Sequence record: ON062054.1
Source of the DNA: Escherichia phage P818
Length of the DNA stretch: 49,175 nucleotides
Direction: 5' to 3' (one strand)
This document shows, in pieces, positions 29,074-37,234 of this stretch. Position numbers and translations under genes: made by a program. The notes under the pieces are model-generated. The model had not been told where the DNA came from, made no database searches, and saw only the letters and a program-made list of their open reading frames with translations. The first letter of the stretch is position 1; each line of letters opens with the position of its first letter.

Positions 29074-29459
29074 AAGTAACCCTTCCCTACTGTTTCACCA
29101 ATTTCGCGTGATGCCTTTAATTTGTTCCAGAAATCGAACGGGCCGACTGGCTCCCATGCTTTCGGTTTTCCTGGCTCATTCCACCAACCGAGAACTGCCG
29201 CACTGCCGTAGCATGGGTCCATCGGGCGACCGTCGCTGAAATAGCTTTTGAATACGCGATTCAGTTCATCACTGCCAACCATGATTGAGTTAGCTGGAGA
29301 CTCAATTCCATATTTCTTCTCAAATTCAGTCTGATCAACAATAAACCCTTCCACAACGATCGGGTAAGAACCAGGATCGCTTGGGCTAGTCTCTTTCGGG
29401 TGGAGCTTGCGATAGTTAGGATAGTCATAGATGTTAGGGTTAAGTAAACGCACTTTCAT
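29070..29459 (-). CDS. Hypothetical protein
   Basis: 129 aa; AGAGGA RBS. Confidence 0.55.
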   Translation of the reverse strand: MKVRLLNPNIYDYPNYRKLHPKETSPSDPGSYPIVVEGFIVDQTEFEKKYGIESPANSIMVGSDELNRVFKSYFSDGRPMDPCYGSAAVLGWWNEPGKPKAWEPVGPFDFWNKLKASREIGETVGKGYL

Positions 29460-29527
29460 TTGTTAATCCTCTGTGATTGGTTGCCTCTGCTTCAATAAGG
29501 CAACTATATCAAATGGCCTTGCGGAAG

Positions 29528-29548
29528 GTTTAGCAAAAAGTGCTATTT
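29528..29548 (-). promoter_or_regulatory. Dyad motif copy 8
   Basis: Minus-sense AAATAGCACTTTTTGCTAAAC; 22 bp then TATAGT. Confidence 0.6.
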
Positions 29549-29647
29549 AACAAACACCAGAAAAATAATCACCAGGAACAGGGTAGCCAATGATAATCCA
29601 AGCGTCAACAGTGTCATCAACAGTTTAATAACGTCATAGAGTTTCAT
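29543..29647 (-). CDS. 34-aa hydrophobic single-TM peptide
   Basis: MKLYDVIKLLMTLLTLGLSLATLFLVIIFLVFVK; ATGA overlap with upstream gene. Confidence 0.3.
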   Translation of the reverse strand: MKLYDVIKLLMTLLTLGLSLATLFLVIIFLVFVK

Positions 29648-29862
29648 AAAACTTCCACCTCATCCTCTGCAAATGGCCAGTCGCCAGGTAGCATACCTTT
29701 CTTGCTGAGCGCCGGAATGAAATCTGCGTCAACCATGTATATCGTACCCTCATCACCTTCTTCATATTTCCAGGCCATCGCCACTACTGGCAGCTTGCTT
29801 TTATCAACGCCCTGATACGGAGACTTGATAATACGGATCTTAATCATTTCTTCATTGTTCAT
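29644..29862 (-). CDS. Hypothetical small protein
   Basis: 72 aa; GGAGAA RBS. Confidence 0.5.
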   Translation of the reverse strand: MNNEEMIKIRIIKSPYQGVDKSKLPVVAMAWKYEEGDEGTIYMVDADFIPALSKKGMLPGDWPFAEDEVEVL

Positions 29863-30010
29863 TCTGATTCTCCATGCAGTGAGCCATTTTCATGCTCACG
29901 TAGTGCCTCTAAATGGGCATACAACGGCCCGTTATTTTACTTACCCAACCGACCAAGTGACTTGAGATTATGTCTGTATAGCTGCATTACGTGCTCATTA
30001 TGGTGACTAC

Positions 30011-30217
30011 TCATTGCTTCTCCGCCTCGTCAGCCGCCAGGATTAACGCCGCCGCTAACTTGCGGGCCGCGTCAGGTGAATATTGCATAAGTGTTTGGCC
30101 GTCGCCGTAGTCGTCAGGATCGAAGTCCAGGTTTACAATATGCCCGCGAACGGTTCCCATCGTGACACTGACCTCAGCTTGGTCAAAGTGAACATCGTCA
30201 ATACGTACAGTTTCCAT
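30011..30217 (-). CDS. Acidic small protein
   Basis: 68 aa (start at METVRIDD, 7 nt after GAGGAA); about 14 Asp/Glu versus 5 basic. Confidence 0.5.
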   Translation of the reverse strand: METVRIDDVHFDQAEVSVTMGTVRGHIVNLDFDPDDYGDGQTLMQYSPDAARKLAAALILAADEAEKQ

Positions 30218-30272
30218 AATCATTTCCTCTTCGTTGTTGATAGGGTAATCATAGCTGACTACCCGATTTATT

Positions 30273-30292
30273 GTTTAGCAATTCGTGCTATT
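30273..30292 (-). promoter_or_regulatory. Dyad motif copy 9
   Basis: Minus-sense AATAGCACGAATTGCTAAAC overlapping stop; 22 bp then TATGAT then TACCCTATCAACAACGAAG box. Confidence 0.6.
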
Positions 30293-30512
30293 GCGAACGA
30301 TTGCGAACGATTTCGAATTTAGCCATTATGACGCCAAGGCTTTTTATCATAAGAGCTTCACCTATCGTCTTCACTATGTACTCATTGCCATCAACCTTGA
30401 TGTAGTATGAGCCATTAAAACAAGGTATTGGCTTAGCCACGTATATCCCGCCATTTACAACTGAAAGGTTGTGGTGATTTGCTTGCCTTACATACACACA
30501 TTTTATAAGCAT
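30288..30512 (-). CDS. Hypothetical small protein
   Basis: 74 aa; 1-nt overlap with upstream gene; 3' end contains a tandem 10-bp duplication. Confidence 0.5.
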   Translation of the reverse strand: MLIKCVYVRQANHHNLSVVNGGIYVAKPIPCFNGSYYIKVDGNEYIVKTIGEALMIKSLGVIMAKFEIVRNRSQ

Positions 30513-31078
30513 TAATATTCACCGTTCAGGAGAGATTTCGCTTTCCGGTAGAACTGGATGGCCTTCTCCACCTCATCGGCATCATAGCCATGAATCATGT
30601 CTGAGCTTGCCTGCAATTTGCTATGAGATTTGCGCTCAACCGATCTCCATGAGTCGCACCACTTGTGAATGTCTCTCCCATACATGCCCACCAGGTATGG
30701 GTGTGCATATATCTTGTCACCAATAAGGCAAATGATTCCCGCGTCCTGTAGTGATGGTAGGATATTGTCAATCAGGTTATTCATTACTCCATTACGCTCG
30801 ACGAACGGCTGGACCTTTCTGATCGCCTCATATGTTGAGCGAACTCCCACAACGCCTTTTCCATTTATCGTTTGCTTCCAGATCTTTTCAACCACGACGC
30901 ATTGTTCACGACTTAGGTTTGCGCGACGCATAACTTCCACTTCGCACCAGTACTTTTGTGACTGTCGGTATCCGTTAGCATTGATTGCTACTCGTAGTGG
31001 TGGAAGCCCATCTTCCGTAGCAATCTTCATAATCTGCTCATCTGTCAGCTTCTCTTCGTTAAAATCAAACATCCCCAT
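30512..31078 (-). CDS. Internally deleted paralog of the 34720-36303 replication ATPase
   Basis: 188 aa; N-terminus and a later block nearly identical in protein to the 527-aa protein; central Walker A/B region absent. Confidence 0.6.
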   Translation of the reverse strand: MGMFDFNEEKLTDEQIMKIATEDGLPPLRVAINANGYRQSQKYWCEVEVMRRANLSREQCVVVEKIWKQTINGKGVVGVRSTYEAIRKVQPFVERNGVMNNLIDNILPSLQDAGIICLIGDKIYAHPYLVGMYGRDIHKWCDSWRSVERKSHSKLQASSDMIHGYDADEVEKAIQFYRKAKSLLNGEY

Positions 31079-31605
31079 TATTTTGTCTCCTTAATCATTT
31101 CCTGGTACATTTTGATTGCCTTGATGGCCCCTGTAATCTCATCGCCTTCAAACTCAGTCACGGATGGCATCAGCTTGAGTATTTTGACCTTAAAGTCGCT
31201 CACGGCCTTCTCTGCAATCTGGCAGTTTGCCTTCACTCGCTTTCCTGTCTGGATTGCGCCATCAACCAAAGACAGATAAGCACACCGAACCTCGACGTCA
31301 TCACCGAAATCACCATCCTTAATTGAAAGTTTTGCACGAACGTTTGCCGCCTGTATCTCTGGCATCCTGGCTACCGTATTGGAGACATATGACGCCTTCA
31401 GCTTTGCCATACTGTACTTGCCACCTACATCCAGATCCTCACGACTTATGCCTCCCATATCACTAGATGTGAGGCCGTAAACCTGGCGAGCTATTAGGTG
31501 GATTGGGACGTGGTAGCTGCGGTTCTCGGACTTGAGCGCTTGCTCCGCCATGTAGCGGATAACGTCACCAAGGCTTACTGCTTCTTTGTGTTCTGACATA
31601 CTCAT
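31078..31605 (-). CDS. Hypothetical early protein
   Basis: 175 aa; GGAG RBS; downstream of a sigma70-type promoter in control region B. Confidence 0.55.
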   Translation of the reverse strand: MSMSEHKEAVSLGDVIRYMAEQALKSENRSYHVPIHLIARQVYGLTSSDMGGISREDLDVGGKYSMAKLKASYVSNTVARMPEIQAANVRAKLSIKDGDFGDDVEVRCAYLSLVDGAIQTGKRVKANCQIAEKAVSDFKVKILKLMPSVTEFEGDEITGAIKAIKMYQEMIKETK

Positions 31606-31641
31606 TACTCCTGATTGGTTGGTCTTCGTTAAGATGACTCC

Positions 31642-31669
31642 ACAGTATCACATATCTACGCGTTATCAA
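31642..31669 (-). promoter_or_regulatory. Sigma70-type early promoter (leftward) in control region B
   Basis: Minus-sense TTGATA-16 bp-TACTGT followed by CATCTTAACGAAG box and RBS. Confidence 0.45.
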
Positions 31670-31888
31670 GTGTTATCAGTGCAAATTTTCTGAATAGTTA
31701 CAGATTTATGCCAATTTCGCCATATATAGCTAAATGTAAAGTCTGCGTACAGTTTGTAGATAAAGATTTTTAGCAAATTGGCCCCTACATGCCTTTTTAT
31801 TCCTACAATGTCGTCATATTCCTACAAGTGTAGGAAAATATCATAGAAAACTATCGCAATATCACATATCAACCATCTACATTATCTA

Positions 31889-32000
31889 CATATATATATA
31901 TTAATAATAATAATATAGATAAATGGTTATTATATAAGGATATTTTAATGTAACCATGGCGTAATTAAGCGTGATGTGCGTACATGATTCCCACGGAGTG
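31889..32000. repeat. Control-region element, copy B
   Basis: (TA)n plus (ATA)n tract followed by GATATTTTAATGTAACCATGGCGTAA; about 70% identical to 2586-2690. Confidence 0.6.
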
Positions 32001-32116
32001 ATGGCGTGTCTACATGGCATAACATAAATAACGCGTATGCGATGAAATCGTGTGGCGGAAAATCCTACCAGGCGATCAGGGGATCAGATCTCACCCCATC
32101 ATTCCCCCCATAAATG

Positions 32117-32215
32117 AATCATTGCTCAATTCGCAACAATCGAAAACATCATTGCAATAGATGCAATATTGCTATATGTGCAATAGTCATGAGAATCATT
32201 GCAATAGCTGCAACA
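32117..32215. repeat. Iteron-like cluster (ATCATTGCAATAG-type repeats)
   Basis: At least four direct copies of TCATTGC(A/T)(A/C)A(A/T)T(A/C)G within about 100 bp, just upstream of motif copy 10. Confidence 0.55.
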
Positions 32216-32231
32216 ATCCATAAATCGAACG

Positions 32232-32249
32232 AATAGCACTTTTTGCTAA
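32232..32249 (+). promoter_or_regulatory. Dyad motif copy 10
   Basis: AATAGCACTTTTTGCTAA; 23 bp then TATTGT then TACCTCATCGAAACGAAGGAG and ATG at 32301. Confidence 0.55.
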
Positions 32250-32300
32250 TGACCGATCAGGTGTGATTCGCTATTGTTACCTCATCGAAACGAAGGAGAT

Positions 32301-32735
32301 ATGAAGATGAAGAACGGCGTAATTTACAAGCACAGTGACGGAACTACTCGGTTCGTCACGACCTCAGGCCGGATGTATATTTGGGCTTACGGAGCCTGGC
32401 GGTTCAAGGTACAGATGCATGAGGCGACGTATAATATGTTCCTCCGCGCTGCACGACTCAAAGATAACAAGGTGTTCGTTGCGAAGAGTCGCAAGGTATT
32501 CATGGATAATCGCGTCGCGTTCGATCCTATTGACTACCAGGCGGTTGAGTTCACTGGTCTAAGGTTGAGTAAAATTCGGTTGTTGCGCAGCGAACAGATT
32601 GCAATGATTCAGCAAAATTCGGCTATTGCGCACGCCACGGAAGCACGACATCGCCTCCTGACTGGTTATCAGCCCATCATCACGCCGACGCCGTTTTACG
32701 TGCATAAGCAACGACCACCGAAAATCCATAAATAG
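32301..32735 (+). CDS. Hypothetical early protein
   Basis: 144 aa; start refined to ATG after AAGGAG RBS. Confidence 0.55.
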   Translation: MKMKNGVIYKHSDGTTRFVTTSGRMYIWAYGAWRFKVQMHEATYNMFLRAARLKDNKVFVAKSRKVFMDNRVAFDPIDYQAVEFTGLRLSKIRLLRSEQIAMIQQNSAIAHATEARHRLLTGYQPIITPTPFYVHKQRPPKIHK

Positions 32736-32749
32736 CACTAATTGCTAAA
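32730..32749 (+). promoter_or_regulatory. Dyad motif copy 11
   Basis: AAATAGCACTAATTGCTAAA overlapping stop TAG; hairpin in spacer; CATAAT; CATCGAAACGAAG box. Confidence 0.6.
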
Positions 32750-32813
32750 CGAAGCCTCACGGATTGAGGCATAATCATTTCATCGAAACGAAGTACACAA
32801 AGAGGAAGTAAAA

Positions 32814-33038
32814 ATGTCAGTTAAAGCTCAGAACGTAGTGGCACACATCGAAGCAAAAGGCCGTGCAATCGTCAAGCTGGACCGCGCCGCAGGCGTAAGC
32901 CAAATTACCATCACGCGCCGTGAGTTCGACCGCTACGTTGTTGGAACACATCCAGGCTCAATCATCCGTAGCCTCACCCGCGCCGAGATGGTCAACCTGT
33001 TAAACGATAACTCACTTTACATCAATTCCTGGAGCTAA
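32814..33038 (+). CDS. Hypothetical small protein
   Basis: 74 aa; AGAGGAAG RBS. Confidence 0.55.
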   Translation: MSVKAQNVVAHIEAKGRAIVKLDRAAGVSQITITRREFDRYVVGTHPGSIIRSLTRAEMVNLLNDNSLYINSWS

Positions 33039-33040
33039 CA

Positions 33041-33256
33041 GTGAATCAAGATAATTTCTGGAGCCGCCACCGCGCGGCACTTGAAGCCGGACTAAATGAA
33101 GAGTGGGCGCTCAAGGTTGCTTACGGATGCATCGAACTCGATGACGCATTGGGCGTCATGGATATGGATCTGGAAAGCGAAAGCAACCAGTCAGTGTACG
33201 GGATCGGGGATGATTTCGACTACCGCTTAAAATTTGATGACGGAATACCGTTCTAA
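33041..33256 (+). CDS. Small acidic protein with SSB C-terminal-tail mimic (ends FDDGIPF)
   Basis: 71 aa; GTG start 6 nt after GGAG; acidic; last residues KFDDGIPF versus SSB FDDDIPF. Confidence 0.55.
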   Translation: MNQDNFWSRHRAALEAGLNEEWALKVAYGCIELDDALGVMDMDLESESNQSVYGIGDDFDYRLKFDDGIPF

Positions 33257-33265
33257 GGAATCATG

Positions 33266-33505
33266 ATGAAAATTCGCTGCAAAAACGTAATCACTAGCAC
33301 AGACAAGAAGGTTTTAACACCATTCGTAAAAGGCTCTGTATACGACGCTGAGCCGCTAATCATTAACGGCAAGACAATCCCGAACGAATGGGTTATTAAT
33401 GGCGCTGAGCGACCGCACAAGCACGATTCTGGCTGGATTGCTATCGCAGGCTGGGAGGTCGGAATGTTTATCCCTGGTATTGCAACTTTTGACAAGGTGA
33501 AATAA
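33266..33505 (+). CDS. Hypothetical small protein
   Basis: 79 aa; start at second ATG (5 nt after AAGGAA). Confidence 0.5.
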   Translation: MKIRCKNVITSTDKKVLTPFVKGSVYDAEPLIINGKTIPNEWVINGAERPHKHDSGWIAIAGWEVGMFIPGIATFDKVK

Positions 33506-33663
33506 TGCTCAAGCCATCCGATTTGAACTACTACGACAACGACACGATCGCGAAGCTCTCAGGTCAAGGATGGTATCCATGGAGCACCAGCGCTCAGGTT
33601 GAAGACTTGCAAAGCAGTTACGAAATCACACAGAAAGCAATTGAGAAGGCTAAGAAGAAATGA
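33505..33663 (+). CDS. Hypothetical small protein (52 aa)
   Basis: Not in the ORF track; TAATG coupling upstream, ATGA coupling downstream; AAGGTGA RBS. Confidence 0.35.
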   Translation: MLKPSDLNYYDNDTIAKLSGQGWYPWSTSAQVEDLQSSYEITQKAIEKAKKK

Positions 33664-34229
33664 ATAGAAAAAGAAGTCCAGACGGAAAATTTTCTGGTGA
33701 TCCGCTACTACCTGGAGGTTTTCATAATTGCAACTCATGCGGAATTAAAAAGGAGGCTGACGATAAAAACTTTAGAACAATAAATAAAGGAAAAACATGC
33801 GAGAGCCTAAGCAAAACTTGCAGAAAATGCGAGTATCAAAAAGGAAAGGATAAACACGCAAGGAACATGAAAAACCCTGAATTTGCAGATGCTAGAAGGG
33901 AAAGGTGCAGGAACTGGAGGAGCAACAACAGAAGTAAGGTGGCGCTTAAAAATTATCAAGCAATAGATAAAAAGAAAGGACTTACATGCACCATGACAAT
34001 TGATGATGTTGAGGAGTTGCAGTCAATGCCATGCTACTATTGCGGAGATACGGATCGGGTTGGTGCTGACAGGATTGACAACTCACTTGCTCACACGCGC
34101 AAAAACTGCCTTCCATGTTGCCCTGATTGTAATATCTGTAGGAGTAACACTTTTTCAGTTGATGAGATGATGGTGATAGGCAAAGCGATAAGACTCGTAA
34201 AGAAATCAAGAAATAGCACGAATTGCTAA
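33660..34229 (+). CDS. HNH-type endonuclease / zinc-finger protein
   Basis: 189 aa; multiple CxxC pairs and RIDNSLAHTRKNCLPCCPDCN motif. Confidence 0.6.
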   Translation: MNRKRSPDGKFSGDPLLPGGFHNCNSCGIKKEADDKNFRTINKGKTCESLSKTCRKCEYQKGKDKHARNMKNPEFADARRERCRNWRSNNRSKVALKNYQAIDKKKGLTCTMTIDDVEELQSMPCYYCGDTDRVGADRIDNSLAHTRKNCLPCCPDCNICRSNTFSVDEMMVIGKAIRLVKKSRNSTNC

Positions 34230-34230
34230 A
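34211..34230 (+). promoter_or_regulatory. Dyad motif copy 12
   Basis: AAATAGCACGAATTGCTAAA (translated as NSTNC-stop); terminator hairpin in 22-bp spacer; TATATT; CATCCCATCGAAACGAA box. Confidence 0.6.
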
Positions 34231-34294
34231 GCCCTTCGGGGCTTTTCCTGTATATTCATCCCATCGAAACGAAACACACTAAAGGAAAATAATC

Positions 34295-34648
34295 ATGGCT
34301 ACCACACTGACAAAGAACTTCGTGAGTTCAGACAATAAACTCTTTAAAGCTCGAGTGAAAGATGATGTAGAGCAAATCAAGGTAAGTGGCAAGTGGGTTA
34401 ACCTGGATATCAAAGGTCGTTACATCAAGACTAAAACCCTTTACGTTACGAAGGTGAATCATAAATCTGCCGTTAAAAAATACTTCACGCAAGGTAAACG
34501 CTATCAGGTTGACATGCGCGCAGGACTCGGTAGTAACGCTGGTTACATCTTTGATAATGATGGAGTGGCCTGGCAGTTGTACCGCTCGGATGACGTCGGA
34601 TTCGAAACGTTATGCGGAACCTACCGATTTGAGGCGGCGTATAAATAA
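34295..34648 (+). CDS. Hypothetical protein
   Basis: 117 aa; AAGGAAAA RBS. Confidence 0.55.
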   Translation: MATTLTKNFVSSDNKLFKARVKDDVEQIKVSGKWVNLDIKGRYIKTKTLYVTKVNHKSAVKKYFTQGKRYQVDMRAGLGSNAGYIFDNDGVAWQLYRSDDVGFETLCGTYRFEAAYK

Positions 34649-34719
34649 GTAGCATTTTCTGGCAAGCGGTTTTACCATAGGTGCGTTAACATTAGCGCAC
34701 CAACTAAGGAGTTATTTTA

Positions 34720-36303
34720 ATGTTTGATTTCAACGAAGATAAATTGTCAATCGATCAGGTAATGGCTGTAGCCGCTGCCGACAACCTGCCGCCTTTGCGC
34801 GTTGCCATTAATGCGAATGGGTACAGGCAGAGCCAGTCGTTCTGGAAAGCTCCAACAGAAATCGACTCGGGCGGTGACAAATATCCGGTTATCTCACTTG
34901 GTAACGATTATGATGTCGTTGGCAAGCTGTCAAGCAATGCCGCCCGCTCTGTCCAGTTCCCTGAGTCGTCAGCATACATGCATTTCCTCGGATGCATATC
35001 AGCCGCCATGCTGGGCCGCTTTACGGTTGAGTATCACGGAACACAACAGCCGACCGCTCTGTATGTCGTAACCAGTCAGCCACCATCGACAGGTAAATCA
35101 GCCATCAACTCACTTTCGCTGGCCCCGATGATCGCAGAGACTGAACGACTCAACGAGATCCGAAAGCGCGACCGCAAGAAGATTATGGCTAAGCTTTCCG
35201 CTCTATCCAAGGAGATGAAGCAGGAGAAATCACCATCTGACATGGCGGCGCTGTTTGAGGAAAAAGAAGAACTGGAAGAAAAACTGGAACGCCTTTGTGA
35301 CATCGTATTCCCCGTATCCGACACCACGCCGGAAGGTCTTGCGCGAATCAACAACCGCCAGGGCAACTTTGCAGTAATCTCGGATGAAGCAACGAGCGTG
35401 AACTCACTGTTAGGCATGACCTATGGTGACGGCTCAAAGAAAACGAACAGCGAGCTTGTGCTTAAGGCTTGGGATGCTGGTAACGTATCTATCGCCCGTG
35501 CGAACGCAGACAATAACATGAGCTTCATTGCGATGGGCTGCATATCTGTAATTGCACAGGATGAAACAATAAACGCGATCATGAATGCTGGTGCGCGTGG
35601 TATCGGTGTGTCAGAACGTTTCTTGCTTGTGCGTGAGAAGTCATTCCTTGGCGAGCGTGTATTCGTTGACGAAAAAGGCGAATCAACATACGAGCCGATT
35701 GATGGCGGACTCAAGGCGGACTACTTCCGTCTGGTCCATGAGATCATGAGCGAACACGAAGTCAATCTGACAGTGAGCACATCGGCGATGAAATATCTCA
35801 ACCGTGCGCGTCAGGATATGGAACCTCACCTTGCGGACGGCGGGAAGTATTCACACACAATGCTTCGCGGCGCGCTGGGTAAGTTCGATAAGCAGGCCAT
35901 CAGGATCGCAGCTGTTCTTCACACTGTGCGTAACTGGTTTAATCCCAATGGCGGGAGTCCGCAGAAGTCCAGAGAGATTGAGCTTGACACAATGCAGGAA
36001 GCGGTAATTATGTTCCAGGAACTGAGTAAGACTTATCTGTCATCTGCAAACGCTGCTGGTCATGCTGGCGACCATGCGGAGATGAATAAGCTGATCGATA
36101 TTCTGATCAAGCAAGGTAAGAACGGGAAAGGCGTTGTAGGTGTACGATCCCTATATGAAGCGGCTCGCAAGGTTAAACCCTTTGAAGGGCAAAGTGGTGT
36201 AATGACTCGCATCAAAGATCACCTGATCCCTATGCTTGATGAGAAGAACTATACGTGCCTGATTGGTGATAAAATTTACATTAATCCGCGACTGCTGGGG
36301 TAA
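34720..36303 (+). CDS. P-loop NTPase, putative replication initiation/helicase-loader-type protein
   Basis: 527 aa; Walker A PSTGKS and Walker B VISDEA; N- and C-terminal blocks shared with the 30512-31078 paralog. Confidence 0.6.
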   Translation: MFDFNEDKLSIDQVMAVAAADNLPPLRVAINANGYRQSQSFWKAPTEIDSGGDKYPVISLGNDYDVVGKLSSNAARSVQFPESSAYMHFLGCISAAMLGRFTVEYHGTQQPTALYVVTSQPPSTGKSAINSLSLAPMIAETERLNEIRKRDRKKIMAKLSALSKEMKQEKSPSDMAALFEEKEELEEKLERLCDIVFPVSDTTPEGLARINNRQGNFAVISDEATSVNSLLGMTYGDGSKKTNSELVLKAWDAGNVSIARANADNNMSFIAMGCISVIAQDETINAIMNAGARGIGVSERFLLVREKSFLGERVFVDEKGESTYEPIDGGLKADYFRLVHEIMSEHEVNLTVSTSAMKYLNRARQDMEPHLADGGKYSHTMLRGALGKFDKQAIRIAAVLHTVRNWFNPNGGSPQKSREIELDTMQEAVIMFQELSKTYLSSANAAGHAGDHAEMNKLIDILIKQGKNGKGVVGVRSLYEAARKVKPFEGQSGVMTRIKDHLIPMLDEKNYTCLIGDKIYINPRLLG

Positions 36304-36306
36304 ACA

Positions 36307-36669
36307 ATGTTCCTGCTCGACGTGTACAGGTTTTGTGAAGGCTATGAAAAGTTCAACCGTCAGCACCTGGCGGTATTCATATACAAGCATAGGGAGTGCG
36401 AGCGTCTTGCGAAGGCCGCAGGCGTGACTCCTCGCTATTTCGCATCATCATCATCAAAGGAGTTTATTGCAAGATGTATGGCAGAAGGATACCTTGACGG
36501 CGTGAATAACTGGTACTGGTCCAAGGGCGCGCAAAAAAGGCCATTTGAATTTCATTTCAAGTGCTATGGCGGTGAGGGTGATCGCTATACATGGGAGATG
36601 ATGAACATAGAGAAGATGAGCGATGGAGAGTTATTTGGAAAGTCAGGTCGTAATCGACGCGATAATTAG
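36307..36669 (+). CDS. Hypothetical protein
   Basis: 120 aa; ATG 4 nt after upstream stop. Confidence 0.5.
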   Translation: MFLLDVYRFCEGYEKFNRQHLAVFIYKHRECERLAKAAGVTPRYFASSSSKEFIARCMAEGYLDGVNNWYWSKGAQKRPFEFHFKCYGGEGDRYTWEMMNIEKMSDGELFGKSGRNRRDN

Positions 36670-36820
36670 ATGCAGCTCTGAGAATGCTATCAGTGAGGAT
36701 GGTCTTAACCAAGCCCTTCTTTCAATGCTTAACTCATCCATGCGCGCAGGGCGACGTGATGAGCATACATTGTGCAATAATGAAGGTGAATTGTTGCTAC
36801 TGGTGCAAAGATTTGGATAA
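36623..36820 (+). CDS. Hypothetical small protein (uncertain)
   Basis: 65 aa ORF overlapping the 3' end of the previous gene in another frame; weak RBS. Confidence 0.25.
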   Translation: MESYLESQVVIDAIIRCSSENAISEDGLNQALLSMLNSSMRAGRRDEHTLCNNEGELLLLVQRFG

Positions 36821-36853
36821 AAAAAGGGAGCCTTTCGGCTCCTTTTATTTTTT
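36820..36853. terminator. Bidirectional intrinsic terminator
   Basis: GGGAGCCTTTCGGCTCC hairpin with A-run upstream and T-run downstream. Confidence 0.65.
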
Positions 36854-37234
36854 TCGAAAAAAGGTCCATATTGTAAATGAGAAAAGCAATAGGCTAATTA
36901 GAATTAAAGCAAGACCAAATGCAATCCTTCCACCTCCTTCCTCATTCCTGATCTCAATCTTATCAGCGATGATGTTGTCAGCCTTGATGCTTGATGTGCT
37001 GACGGATTTCCCGTTGGAAGTATCAACCTTCCCAACCTTTGAATCTTTGATAGTGGTGTCATTTTCGTTTGACTTATCCACCTTTCCGGTAACGCCTACC
37101 GCTTGCTTCACGTTCTCGGCCCCAGCCTGTGCTGTAACTTCCGGCTTGCTGCCAATTAATCCGGTCAGCGCAGATGTTGCTGAGCACCCAGATAAAGCCA
37201 TGCACATTACTAACGCTGCAATCCACTTAAACAT
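36845..37234 (-). CDS. Unimolecular spanin (u-spanin)
   Basis: 129 aa; N-terminal lipoprotein signal with lipobox LSGC and C-terminal TM helix; start embedded in 3' end of endolysin gene. Confidence 0.65.
   Translation of the reverse strand: MFKWIAALVMCMALSGCSATSALTGLIGSKPEVTAQAGAENVKQAVGVTGKVDKSNENDTTIKDSKVGKVDTSNGKSVSTSSIKADNIIADKIEIRNEEGGGRIAFGLALILISLLLFSFTIWTFFRKK

Noticed and set aside
30512-31078. Truncated replication-ATPase paralog as a pseudogene
   Set aside because: ORF is intact and translationally coupled on both sides, and the shared motif is conserved in protein despite extensive synonymous divergence.
32110-32260. Possible CRISPR-like repeat array
   Set aside because: Repeats are short (about 11-13 bp), imperfect and lack regular spacers; better explained as iterons.
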